Assembly: GCA_029953675.1 (NCBI GenBank)
Contig: JAMWBK010000008.1
Coordinates: forward strand, 930,001 to 994,000
Direction: 5' to 3'
DNA from: Rhodosorus marinus CCMP1338
Taxonomy: Eukaryota > Plantae > Rhodophyta
Length of the DNA: 64,000 nucleotides
Shown here: in pieces, positions 11,601 to 23,339 of the stretch
Layout of the letters: each line of letters starts with the position of its first letter
Numbering within the stretch: position 1 is the first letter of the stretch
Translations under genes and position numbers: made by a program
The notes under the pieces: model-generated
Databases searched by the model: none
What the model was told of the DNA's origin: nothing
What the model saw: only the letters and a program-made list of their open reading frames with translations

Positions 11601-13671
11601 ATGAGGAGTGTCGCTTTCATCGGAGCGGTTTTCGCTCTGGTAGGCGTGCTGTGCGCACACGCGCAGGAGGAAAAGCCTGATGTTGGGATCGCTATTGGCA
11701 TCGACTTGGGAACTACCTATTCATGCGTCGGAGTAATGCAGAATGGACAGGTTGAAATCATCCCGAACGACCAGGGGAACAGAATCACTCCGAGCTACGT
11801 CGCCTTCACGTCTGAGGAGCGATTGATCGGAGATTCCGCGAAGAATCAGCTGGCGATGAACCCGACGAACACTGTCTTCGACGTCAAGCGATTGATCGGT
11901 CGTCGATTTTCGGAGTCAACTGTACAGAAGGACATGAAGCTGCTCCCGTACAAGATTGTCGAGAAGAATACTAAGCCTTACGTATCCGTGAATGTGAAGG
12001 GAGAGGACAAAACATTCTCTCCTGAGGAGATCTCGGCTATGGTGTTGGGAAAGATGAAGAAGACTGCTGAAGACTTCCTCGGAAAGGAGGTACAGTCGGC
12101 TGTCGTCACTGTTCCTGCGTACTTCAACGATGCTCAGCGTCAGGCCACGAAGGATGCGGGCACTATTGCTGGATTGAACGTACTCCGAATCATCAATGAG
12201 CCAACCGCTGCCGCGATCGCTTACGGACTTGACAAGAAGGGCGAGAGGAACATTCTTGTGTTCGACCTTGGAGGAGGAACCTTTGATGTGACTCTATTGA
12301 CCATCGACGACGGAGTGTTTGAGGTGCTGGCCACGAACGGAGACACTCACTTGGGAGGAGAGGACTTCGATCACCGAGTCATGGACTACATGATCAAGAT
12401 GTTCAAGAAGAAGAACAACTTGGACCCTGGACAGGACAAGCGATCGCTCGGAAAACTTCGTGCTGAAGTTGAAAAAGCGAAGAGAGCTCTGTCATCGCAG
12501 AATCAAGTGAGGATTGAGATCGAGTCGTTCTATCAGGGAACTGACCTGTCGGAGACGCTGACCCGAGCTCGTTTTGAGGAGTTGAACATGGATCTGTTCC
12601 GAAAGACCATGAAACCAGTTGAGAACGTGCTCAAGGACGGTGGACTTTCGAAGGGAGAGGTACATGAGGTCGTGCTTGTCGGAGGATCTACTCGCATCCC
12701 GAAAGTACAGGAGCTCGTGAAGAGCTACTTCGGAAGGGAAGCGAACAAGGGTATTAATCCTGACGAAGCTGTTGCTTTTGGTGCTGCGGTCCAAGCTGGT
12801 ATCCTTTCCGGGGCCACTGATGAAAAGACGAAGCCGATTGTGCTCCTCGACGTCACTCCCCTTTCTCTCGGTATCGAAACTGTTGGAGGAATGATGACGA
12901 AGGTCATCAACCGTAACTCCGTTATTCCCACAAAGAAGACTCAGACTTTCACCACCTACACGGACAATCAGCAGACTGTCACCATTCAGGTAAGAGCGCC
13001 TTCCTACAGCTTTCTTCGTGGGTACGTGAATCACCTATGTACATGATTTCTGATAGATGTTGATGCTTTCCATTGAACAGGTCTTTGAGGGTGAACGTGC
13101 AATGACCAAGGATTGCCATCTTCTTGGCAAATTCGATCTCACTGGTATCCCACCAGCACCACGTGGTACTCCACAAATTGACGTAACCTTTGAAGTCGAT
13201 GTGAATGGTATCATGAGCGTTGCGGCTGAGGAGAAGGGATCGAAGAGGAAGGAATCTATTGTCATCAAGAATGACAAGGGACGTCTGAGCGAGGAAGAAA
13301 TTGAACGCATGGTGCAGGAGGCAGAAGAGTTTGCCGACGAGGACGACAAGTTAAAGAAGAAGATTGAGTCAAAGAATAACCTGGAGAACTACCTCTTCTC
13401 AATGAAATCCCAAGTAGAGGACGAGGACAAACTGAAGAACAAACTTGAGGAGGAGGACATCGAGTCTATCCAGGAAGCTGTGAAGGACGCTCTGGACTGG
13501 ATGGAAGACCTTGGCGACGACATGGACACTGAGGACTTTGAAAACAAGTTGAAGGATGTGCAAGACGTTTGCAACCCGATCATCGCGAAGGTGTACGGTG
13601 AGCAAGGTGGAGCCCCAGGGGGAGAGTACGGGCAGGAAGATGACCTCGGGGATGATCATGATGATCTTTAA
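11601..13671 (+). CDS. BIP: ER luminal Hsp70 (BiP/GRP78) paralog 2, canonical; one intron 12990-13080
   Basis: MRSVAFIG...CAHAQ signal peptide, canonical [27 protein letters not shown] and NDKGRLS; exon 1 ends TIQ|gtaag, exon 2 starts aacag|VFEGER; ends HDDL*. Confidence 0.97.
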
Positions 13672-14369
13672 GTACTGAGAATTTGTTCGGATCCGAAACT
13701 CTAACCTCTTTGTGTTTTACTTTTCTTTGAGTCTGTCGCATATGCGTGACGAATCCAACGAACTCATGTTATGGAATCTAGAACGTTGGAAAATGTTTTG
13801 AAGATCTTGTGCCCTTTGCCGAAAGAAAGGAGGATTCTTGAGGCTACTAGTACGAGAAGCAGTCGATTAATAAACAGATAAAAAGGAGCTAGGCCCAGTT
13901 TTTAGGCTACTCGAGAACGTGTCCGTCAAAGTACCCGGACGAAGGCCCGTCGTCCGTTCCACCTTAAAATCAGTGTTGACGAGCAACGGAAACAATCCTG
14001 ACCTTTCTGTTACAACTCCTCGAACCAACTTGCCACCATAAACGAACTCATTCTTCCTCCTTAGCAACAACTCCCTCCCTGCAAACGAACCCCGGCCGCA
14101 CCCCAAAACCCTCCCTGCAAACACCCCTCAAAAACCAATCGATCTCTCCGCCAAACCCCCAAAAAGGTACCAGAAGCCAAAAAAATAAAATTCAACAACA
14201 CCAAAAGGAAAGCAAATTATCACATTTGCAAACCAAAACAATCCCTTCTCTTCCTTCTTATCCACGTATAAGACCAGTGCAGCGAATGGGCTTTGACTGC
14301 GTGATATGAAGCCCTGACACGCCAGCTCTTTTAGCTCTTTTTTTTAGTCTGTCGCGGTCTACCAACGAC

Positions 14370-15124
14370 ATCGGGTACGGTCGCTGTGATGGCGGACTCG
14401 CCCCTTCCTCGAGATGGATCTTGTTGTCACACACATCATCTCCTCGTTCGGGCTACCCCGGAGCTTCGTCACAGATCGTGATAAGGTCTTCACAGCGACT
14501 TTCTGGCGACACCTTCTGCGATTGATGGGGGTGCAACAGCTGCTCTCTACCGCGTACCACCCCGAAACGGATGGACAGACGGAACGGGCAAATCAGACAC
14601 TACAAATTATGCTGAGGTGCTGTTGTAACAGTCCAACATGGATGCTGTGTCTACCCCTACTTCAGCTGGCCTACAACAACCATACGTCGGCTAGTACGGG
14701 ATATACACCGTATTTTCTGTTAACCGGAGGGCATCCGCGGTTGAGCTGGTACAACAGCACCTCAGCATAATTTGTAGTGTCTGATTTACCCGTTCCGTCT
14801 GTCCATCCGTTTCGGGGTGGTACGCGGTAGAGAGCAGCTGTTGCACCCCCATCAATCGCAGAAGGTGTCGCCAGAAAGTCGCTGTGAAGACCTTATCACG
14901 ATCTGTGACGAAGCTCTGGGGTAACCCGAACAAGGAGATGATGTGTGTGATAACAAGATCCATCTCGAGGAAGGGGCGAGTCCGCCATCACAGCGACCGT
15001 ACCCGATTTGTAGTGTCTGATTTACCCGTTCCGTCTGTCCATCCGTTTCGGGATGGTACACCTTAGAGAGCTGTTGAACCCATCAATCGCAGAAGGTGTC
15101 GCCAGAAAGTCGCTGTGAAGACCT
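14370..15124. mobile_element. Rearranged Ty3/gypsy LTR-retrotransposon integrase remnant: inverted duplication plus partial third copy
   Basis: 14414-14770 (+) encodes FVTDRDKVFTATFW...STAYHPETDGQTERANQ...W...LP...AYN...STGYTPY (rve integrase core). 14370-14627 and 14750-15007 are 258-bp inverted arms; 15007-15124 is a degenerate direct copy of part of the right arm. No RT or LTR seen. Confidence 0.9.
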
Positions 15125-16319
15125 GGATACGAAAACATTGACGTCTTACACTAAAATAGGTGCCTGACACTAATAAAAAACATAGACAGATTACACAGCT
15201 GTCAGGGGAGGTTCTCACACTTCCCTCTTCAGTTTCCAAAGTCCCTTTTTCCAACGCACTCTGAACATGAGGAAATCCCTCCAAAGGAGCGAACCAACTT
15301 CAACACAGCTTAAGTGATTTTCAGTTCGAATCCGTTGGAGATACCATTCAATGCTCATTCGGGAGTGTCGTGGAGCTTCCTGGGGCCCCTCATAGTCCTC
15401 TAGTATGATACTACTACATCGATCCTACTACATCTATCTCAAGCCTGGGTCTTCCACGAAGAGGAAGGATTTCAGCTTTTATGTGGTCATCTTGAGAGTT
15501 TTATACTTTGTTACGTTTTTTGGGGAGATAGAGCCTAGAATATTCCTTTTATGTACGCATGTGACCATAATATTCGAAAAGCCTTATTAGAACAGAAAAA
15601 TACGTATCTCTTCGTAGATCTAGAACTCTTCGTTTCTTGTTTTACTTAGAAAATGGCCCAATTTTGGGATATTGCATTGGAGTTTTCGTAATTGATTGTC
15701 GTCCTTGAGCTGGTTCGGAGATGGGGCTCGTAGGAACAGTCTTAGGATCTCACCGATTGGGAGTAACCTTGCTCCTACGTTTCAATCATCGGCAAGCGAG
15801 TGTAAAAAATCCACAAGAACAGAGTATAACGTGGTATGGAACTGGTGTAAAAAGTGCCGAACCCGTGTTAAACTACAGAAAGCAGATCCCTTTACGACCT
15901 CTTGTGGTGAACCGGGATCAACAGTGGAGTCTTCCGGATAGACGCACTGTATGAGGACAAGACTGAATTCGAGCATCATGATACTTATGAAGACATGAAG
16001 ACATGAAGACCCACGGGATTTTGCAGAAGTCGGAAGAGGTTCCAATCGTATTCTAAATCGCGGTGATGAACTGCCATATCAGATCTTCAATCCAACGGTG
16101 TCGTCCCAAGTCAGTCATGAATTTCTTGCTGGTCTCGTTGAGCGAAAGGACAACAAGACCATATCCACTGTAGTCTTCAGGATACCATCAACAATCCGAT
16201 TCCCGTAGGAGATGCATGGCGATAGTTCCAGGTATTGTTCACTCTCCGATTCCAAATATCTTTCTCTATTGGAATTGCCTACTTCAGATCAATCCGACGG
16301 CTAGGTGATCTGTTCGAGC

Positions 16320-17121
16320 AATAGAACAATCAAAATCCACAAAAACACAGGAATCACTAACAACCCACCACCTTCACCACAATTCCCAAAGAGTCCCACC
16401 CAAACTCCACCCCACCCATACTTCACGTTTCCCCCTCCGAACCACGTTGAGTCCTCTGGATAACTTCAACAGTTTGATTTCTCGAGGAGATACATGGCCG
16501 TAGCTCGACGCCTTGCTCACAAACCTCTTCCAAGTCCTTTCCAAATGGAATTGTACACTTAAATATAGATCGATCAGAAAGCATTGATTCTGGTCGGATT
16601 CCTCAAGGAGATACCGGGCCATAGCTCTACGCCTTGTTCACAAACCTTTTCCAAGTCCTTTCCAACTGGAATTCTGCACTTTAAATCGTTCAGAAAGCAG
16701 TTGGTGATTCCTCAAGGAGATACATGGCCGTAGGTCCCTCCATGCCTTGCCCCACAACGCTCTTTTCTAAGTCCTCTCCAACTGGAACTGTGAGTGCACA
16801 CACTTCAGATTGATCTTAGAAAGCTAGGGTTTTGTTGTGTAAATGGATCGGGCCGCATGTTGGAAGTGATTCCTAGGGCTTGGAAGCTTCGGCTCGGAGG
16901 GGGTTTGTCCACGTCTTCATCAACTAAAGGGTGAGGAGGGAGAAGACTCTCTGGATGACCACAACGATGAAATAGGCTTTGAAAGGTTTCCGAACGGAGG
17001 GTGAAACGTGAAGGACCGGTGGGGTGTAGTGTAGGAGGGATAGGGATTCTTTGGGAAGGGTGGTGAAGGTGGTGGGTTCTTAGTGATTCCTGTATTTTTG
17101 TGAGTTTGTGATTGTTCTATT
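16320..17121. mobile_element. Foldback/MITE-like structure: ~79-bp terminal inverted repeats enclosing internal tandem subrepeats
   Basis: 16320-16397 (aatagaacaatcaaaatccacaaaaacacaggaatcactaacaacccaccaccttcaccac...) is ~90% identical to the reverse complement of 17043-17121. No coding capacity; no clear target-site duplication. Confidence 0.5.
16476..16825. repeat. Three diverged tandem copies of a ~110-120-bp unit
   Basis: gatt(t/c)ctc(g/a)aggagatac...gcc(g/a)tag...gccttg...aagtcct(t/c)tccaa(a/c)tggaa...agaaagc starting at 16476, 16597 and 16706. Confidence 0.85.
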
Positions 17122-17148
17122 TGTTTGTTTTATTGCTTTGTTTCCTGG

Positions 17149-20100
17149 ATGAAGTTCTCGAAGCAATTGTTATACAATGCTGTTGCGGAATGGAGGCAGT
17201 ATTACATGGATTATGGAGGATTGAAGAAGATCATATCCAAGTTTAAGAAGATTCAGGTTGCTCAACTGGAGGGTGATGAATCTGATTCTGATAATCCCAA
17301 GCCTAAGACAGATGATGAAGCGCTTCCGCTTTTGGCTTCTAGCGTTCGAAGTCCTGTGCTAAATCGAACTGCCTCAGCGCAGGTGTTGTTGGATCTGGAA
17401 GAGGCGAATCTTGATACGCGAGTGAGCAGTAGAATGTATGGCGCTACAACCGATGACTTTTCCGATGCCATTGAGAAGATCGAGACCATCTTCTTCAACC
17501 AACTGGAGATCAATGCTCAGCGTGTGGAGGGATTCTATGTCAGGATGGAAAAGGAACTCGAACGGATTTCGAACGCTCTCGTACGACATGCCACGAATGG
17601 CAACAGAAAAGATGGAGAAGACAGGTTCGAAACCCCCCCCCCTCCCCCCCCGAAATACCTCACCAATACCCTTAGAGAAACGCCTTCAGACACTTACTGA
17701 ATCCATTCATTGTCTTTTCAGGACAATCTTTTACACAAGCTTGAGGCGGAGATATGTCGAACACTACCTCGAGATCGCCGAGGTCTTGAACTTTGCGGAG
17801 CTGAACAAAACGGGATTTGAGAAGATTATGAAGAAGCATGATAAGGTTAGACTCACATTGCCATCCCTACTTAGCAGATCAAAACAGACTGTTGCTCTTA
17901 GCCGATTATCCAGCGTCTATCCCTTCGAAGGGCTCTAGCAAAGCTCGTCGCTGAGGATGCTTTTCCCCCATCGCCTTCTGACTAACTCAAGAGCTTCACC
18001 TTAGCTTTTGGGAACGCTAGAACGAAACCTGCTCTGTTCAATGTCCCTCTTGATCTGGTTGACTCGCTACTTACGGTCCCTGTTTCTGCGCTCTGCTTGG
18101 ACTTCGACGTCCATAAACAGGTGACGAATCTTCATCGTAAGGATGACAAGATGAGGGAGCTTTCCGGCAAATACAGTTTTACACATCCTGGAAAGTTGGA
18201 AGCAATGAAACAAAGCGTTGAGGAAGAATTTGCTCGATGTTTTTGGTCGGGTGATGTTGACCACGCGAAGGAAGAACTTCGGGAATCATTGAGAGAACTA
18301 GTTATATGGGAACGAAACACAATATGGAGGGTATGTCATTCCACTTACAAGCCTGGACGAACTGGTTCTCTGCGGGATACTGGTTCAAGGTCAATTCATC
18401 GCTTCCCGTGAGGAAGAGAGCTCTGATTTCAGCTTACACTTTTTCGCTTCCTACCCCTGTGACAGGATATGTTACAATCCGAGCGGCGTGTGAACGCGGT
18501 GGTTGCGAAGAAGGCTGGTCAAGGGATAAAGCGGTATTGGATGCCATCGTTGAAGCCCGTTCCAGTGTTTGTGAGTGTGATTATGTTTTTAATAGTTCTA
18601 TTGGCAAGCCCCGCTTTGTTTGATTTGCTTCCGAACATCTCGCACTATCACCCAGTTAACGTATACGCAGCTCAGAGGAGCTTGAGTCTGGTCGTTTTGG
18701 TATCGTTTCTTTGGGCAACGGAAGCGGTGCCATTATACGTAACGGCGCTGGCGGTTCCTGCTCTTTCGGTTATCCTCAATGTTTATGTCACTGAGAATGG
18801 GAAGCGGTTGATGCTGTCCGGGGATGCGGCAAAGTTGGCAGTTTCATCTATGTGTTCCTCGACTATGCTCCTAATCATTGGCGGGTATTCTATCGCTTCG
18901 GCTTTATCAAAGTACGCTTTGGATAAAACCGTCGCAATGGTAAGTGATCACGGAAACTTCCATTACTCCGCCGCGTGTAGTGAATGGACAAACATCAACC
19001 TTAACGCCAACACGATTTGGCTCAAATGCAAACCCTCCTGCGTCCCCAAACCCACAGTATGTTCTAGCCAAAGCAGGACAGCCCTCGCAGGTGCTTCTTC
19101 TGCTGATGTTGCTGGCGGTGTTCCTTTCGATGTGGATAAGCAACGTTGCGACCCCTGTACTTCTCAATTCCATCATGCTTCCAATTGTCCAAGGGTTCAG
19201 CGCACACTCCCTGCCGTTTGTCAAGTGCCTTCTGCTTGGAATCGCCCTGTCAAGCAACATTGGTGGGATGGGGACTCCGATTGCTTCACCACAGAATGCA
19301 ATCGCGTTGAGCGCGCTCGAAGGCATGCAACAAATATCTTTTCTGCAGTGGACTGCGATAAGCATTCCTCTCATGTTGCTCATGGTCATTCTAGGTCATG
19401 CTCTCCTAATGTTCTGGTGAGTCTCCCATTGGTTCGAAGTTACCAAACAGGCCCGATCTACCTCATACTAAGCCAAGCTTACTGGTTGATATCAATCATG
19501 TCCACTAGGTTTCGCCCCGGGAAGTTCTCACTGCCCATAATTCCCTCCCATGTCGAGGCTTTCACGGCACCTCATTATCTAATACTTGGCACCGTTGCTG
19601 TAACTATTACCATGTGGTGCTGGAAACCTGCTGTTGCGATAGCCGGTAAGGCGACGTGATGGTCGAAGCTAGACCATACCTTTTGTCCATGGCACACGCG
19701 TGTATTTTTTTGTTTTGGTCCTAAACATTCTTTTGTGCAATCTCTTTCTAACCGTTTGAAAGGCTCGGAAGGCATCATCGCATGTTTGCCCATCCTCGTG
19801 TTTTATGGGTCGGGACTGCTCAGCAAGGAAGACTTCAACAACCTCCCGTGGAATGTGATCATGCTTGTTGCTGGAGGAGTTTCGCTGGGTAGCGCAGTGG
19901 AGGCCTCCAAGCTGCTGCGAATCATTGGCGGTGCCATTTCCGAGTCGATGAGTGATTCATCGTTATGGATGGTAGGCTTTTCGGGACTGATTTTCCACAA
20001 TGCTTGAGCCCATGCTTTCCTGAAGAAGATTCAAGCAGAGTTCATTCGTTCTTTGCCGATATCTTCCCGCAGGTTTCTACGGTGTTCTCCTGCTTCATTT

Positions 20101-20486
20101 TCATCGTAAGCAGTGCTACGAGTCATACCGTCAGTGCCATAATCATCCTGCCCCTCTTAGCAGAAATTGGTGCCGGAATTGGTGAGAGCGAATACCCGGA
20201 AACGATGTTCAACAACTGCTCACTTTCCGCACAGGCTAACGTTGTTTGCGTGCAAACAGGGCACCCACGGCTAATGGTGATGGGTGGAGCTCTTGCCTGC
20301 TCTTGTGCTATGGCATTGCCGGTCAGCTCTTTTCCGAATACCGCTGCTGTGAGCGTAGAAAATGAGCTAGGCAAGCAATACCTTCAGCCTTCCGACATTG
20401 TCAAGCTGGGAGTCCAGATGACGGTCATCTGCGCTAGCGTATTGATTTCCTGCGGTTTTGGGATAATGTATTTGATGGGCTTCTAG
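17149..20486 (+). CDS. SPX-domain + SLC13/Na:sulfate-symporter-type phosphate transporter (Pho87/Pho90/Pho91- or algal PTC-like), multi-exon
   Basis: MKFSKQL...EWRQYYMDYGGLKK (SPX start), AELNKTGFEKIMKKHDK (SPX lysine cluster), WERNTIWR|DMLQSERR, LWATEAVPL, FLSMWISNVA, SNIGGMGTPIASPQNAIA, LPWNVIMLVAGG and MALPVSSFPN. Confidence 0.92.
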
Positions 20487-20863
20487 AGATTCGAAGCGAG
20501 AGAGTGTTCTCTGCGGTGTTGGGTGCAGAAAGTAGTTAAGACAGTCACAGTTGGAAAGGGTGAAAATACGAATGTCAGCCTGTGAAACGTTCTTCAAAGG
20601 GGATGGTGTAAGTAGGAGGGGTTACATCTCATCAATATTTTGGAAAGTTGTTTAAGTAGTAACTGATGAGAGCCGCGAAAGTTTGCGCTTTCTGTTTTCG
20701 AACTGTTGCATAATAATACTTGAGAGTATGCCCGGAAGTTTCCCTCTTTCGGGACGAGAAACCAGGGAATAAAGATGAATCAACGTTGTTCGTAGCTGCG
20801 CCGGTGAATAGTACGTCCCTCACTCAGCAGTCGAGTATCATTCTGGAAACTATCGACTTTTGG

Positions 20864-22091
20864 TCATGGTGCTTTTCCCCGTTCCATAAGGCCTAGCATG
20901 AAAAGGATAATGATCATATTTGCCCCAACGCCTGACCAAGAGAAACGAGTTCGATCGACAACACAATTAGAACAATCCCTGCACGCTCTAGTTCTGAAAG
21001 CTCGGTAATGTGTTGGTAGTTCTTCCCCTCCCGTGATTGACTCACCCACAAACATGCCCAGCCGGCAGCTTCTCGGAAAAGTGTACACACGACCGACAGA
21101 CAATATCAACAACAAAAGCCCGAGGATCAAGCCAATCGTGAACCCTAGGAAGAACTGGTAAAACGCTCCTATGAGACCTTGCTCCACAAGAGCCGCCTCC
21201 TGGAGCACTCGAAGAGTCTCCTCATCCAACACATCATCATCAACATCCCTTCGACCTGAACAAGACAGGCACGAGGGTTCAGAACATGTTGTGTTCACAC
21301 TACACGATCCGCAGACAAAGAGCCACGAGCTAGCCAGTACCTGCATTTGCAGCCGCTCTCAACGCAGCAAGATCCGACCTTGACAACACAGCACGAAGGC
21401 CGGGTACGATTACAATTCGGCGCTCTTCCTGACCAGTCGCGTCGTTTGTTTCTACGACTATTCGCGCTGTCGCAGCGCCCTCAATGCCGTTTACGGATTC
21501 GCTTGGCGTCTCCTTTCCAGAAACAATGAAAAGAGTCTTCAAGCTTTAGAACCGAGTCGCCCTGAGCGCAAGCTTCTTCCCTGGATTGTCTACTGTCCCC
21601 GTTCGAGAACTACAGCATTGGGAGCAGCTGCACCGCTCACCTGTTTAATATCTGATATGGCACAGTGTAGTGCAGAACCATCTGTGATGTTGTACTCAGT
21701 TAGCCTGAGGGGGGAAGATTCCGATGTCCTCGTAAGCTCATTGTAGACTCGACAGGAAAGTACAAAGCGAACGGTTCGGGGCATCCTTACTTGGCCTTTC
21801 CATTATCTACAAGCTTTCCAGCGAAAATAAACCTTATTTTTTTCGTCTTAGGATCATAGTCTTCTGATATCAAGACCTTCACACAACCGAAAACACATGA
21901 ATGAGGAGATTGATAAGATATCAAGTCAAATTGCCGCAAACTCATTCGCATAATATAGAAAAAATATGTACAGGCATGTTGCTTCAAGAGCGAAAAGCTA
22001 CCTCCTGGCGCAGGTCATCCACTGTCGCGTCATCGTCCACTTCCGTCTCCAATGTTTTAGTTGCTGAGGAGAGCAACAAGCGCAGATGCAT
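20864..22091 (-). CDS. Ubiquitin-like domain membrane protein, Dsc3/DUF2407-like, multi-exon
   Basis: Exons give MHLRLLL...DDDATVDDLRQE, KIRFIFAGKLVDNG and LTEYNITDGSALHCAIS (UBL fold), then QFFLGFTIGLILGLLLL...RSCRLGMFVG|VGANMIIILF (C-terminal TM hairpin as in Dsc3). Confidence 0.65.
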
Positions 22092-22978
22092 CCTTCGAGC
22101 ACGCTTCTTCCTCTTCCTTCCCCTCACCCCCTTCCTTCCTCACAAGACCACTCCAAGCAAACCCACCCTAAACCCCAACCATGAGACAAGCTTCCGCAAC
22201 ACACTGCCCTCAGCTTCCTCGCTACAAATTCCTATGTCAGAAAACCTAATAGAGGGCTTCTAAAACTCTCAAAAGCAAATGCTCCCCTTCCCCAACAACC
22301 GCTGATAACCGCTACCTTCCCACACAAAACCGTCCAAACGACTTCACCCCAAAAAATTCTATTTTTACCAAACTCTAGCGCACACGTCAATATCTTATCC
22401 AGTATTCAAACCAACTATTCCCCCCCCCCCCCACCCCCCCCAACAATCACTCCCCTACCCTACTCCACATCTGCACCCGACCCCTTCCCTCTCATCAACA
22501 ACTGCCTTCCAACCTTTATAGCCTCATCAGCGCATCAGCCATTCAACTGTCAATAATCACCTGTCTTTTGATGACACAAAACGCGTTCTCAGTTTCTCTC
22601 ACCTTTTTTCTTCCACTAAGCAATAATTTAAACGACAGTTGTCCAGAGGTAAAATAAGCATAAGGAATACTTCATGTAAGCCAATCAAGAAAAAGGGAAA
22701 TCCTTTCTATGAATTTTAGAACTTTTTCGCTCTGATCTTTTTTTCTCAGAACCTATATTGACAGCGGAAAAGGGGTGCAAACGGGTTTTCATTTTCTGGT
22801 ACTTTTTGCGTGGCCAAAACATCTCGGTAAATGCATACGCACGATCCATTTGACGGTTAGTACAATATACTAAAAGAGGCGTACGTACTAAAAGTTCTAG
22901 AAAATGGATATTTCGGCGATGACTTTGAACAGTATATTTTTAATTTTATGAATGATATGTTTTCGTCGTTTCAGTGAT

Positions 22979-23253
22979 ATGGGAAGAAGCGTGGGGGGGG
23001 TGGGGTGAGGGGGCAGTGGAAGAACACTTTGCTTGTTTGTGATGAATTACTAACAGACTTTTCCTGGTTTGTGTCCAGAGCTGAGGCAGATGTTGACAAT
23101 AGGCAGATAATTAAAATGTCAAGTACTACAGGAGCTGTATCCCATGAGTCCCTCCTATCCAGTTTAGAACTTTCAAATGCATGCCCCGGCAGCGATCAGG
23201 GTTTATGGCATCTGGCCGACGGAAAGCTTCATCGAGCAAGGTCCGATGATTAA
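22979..23253 (+). CDS. Possible two-exon small ORF (66 aa)
   Basis: ATG 22979, donor gtgagg 23005, branch actaac at ~23049, acceptor tccag 23078; splices in frame to AEADVDNRQIIKMSS...RARSDD*. No family recognised. Confidence 0.3.
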
Positions 23254-23339
23254 GTGAGCGAAACCATTGATGAGCCATGTCCGTATATTTGCAAATGATC
23301 CGGTAAATCAAAAAAAAAGGTTAAATTGCGTAATCACGC

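Noticed and set aside
8247-13659. Long antisense ORFs over the BiP genes (also over GH36, Lon-N and the B-box gene)
   Set aside because: Expected shadows of codon-biased sense genes; antisense frames to Hsp70 genes are a known artefact.
13867-14124. 85-aa minus-strand ORF downstream of BiP2
   Set aside because: GTG start, no motif, no clear splice model; cannot be supported as a gene.
14370-15007. Directional C-to-T (RIP or methylation) mutation in one integrase arm
   Set aside because: All 5 differences are transitions, but polarity is unknown; the right arm's Leu and ERVN fit the usual gypsy consensus at least as well, and 5 sites are too few.
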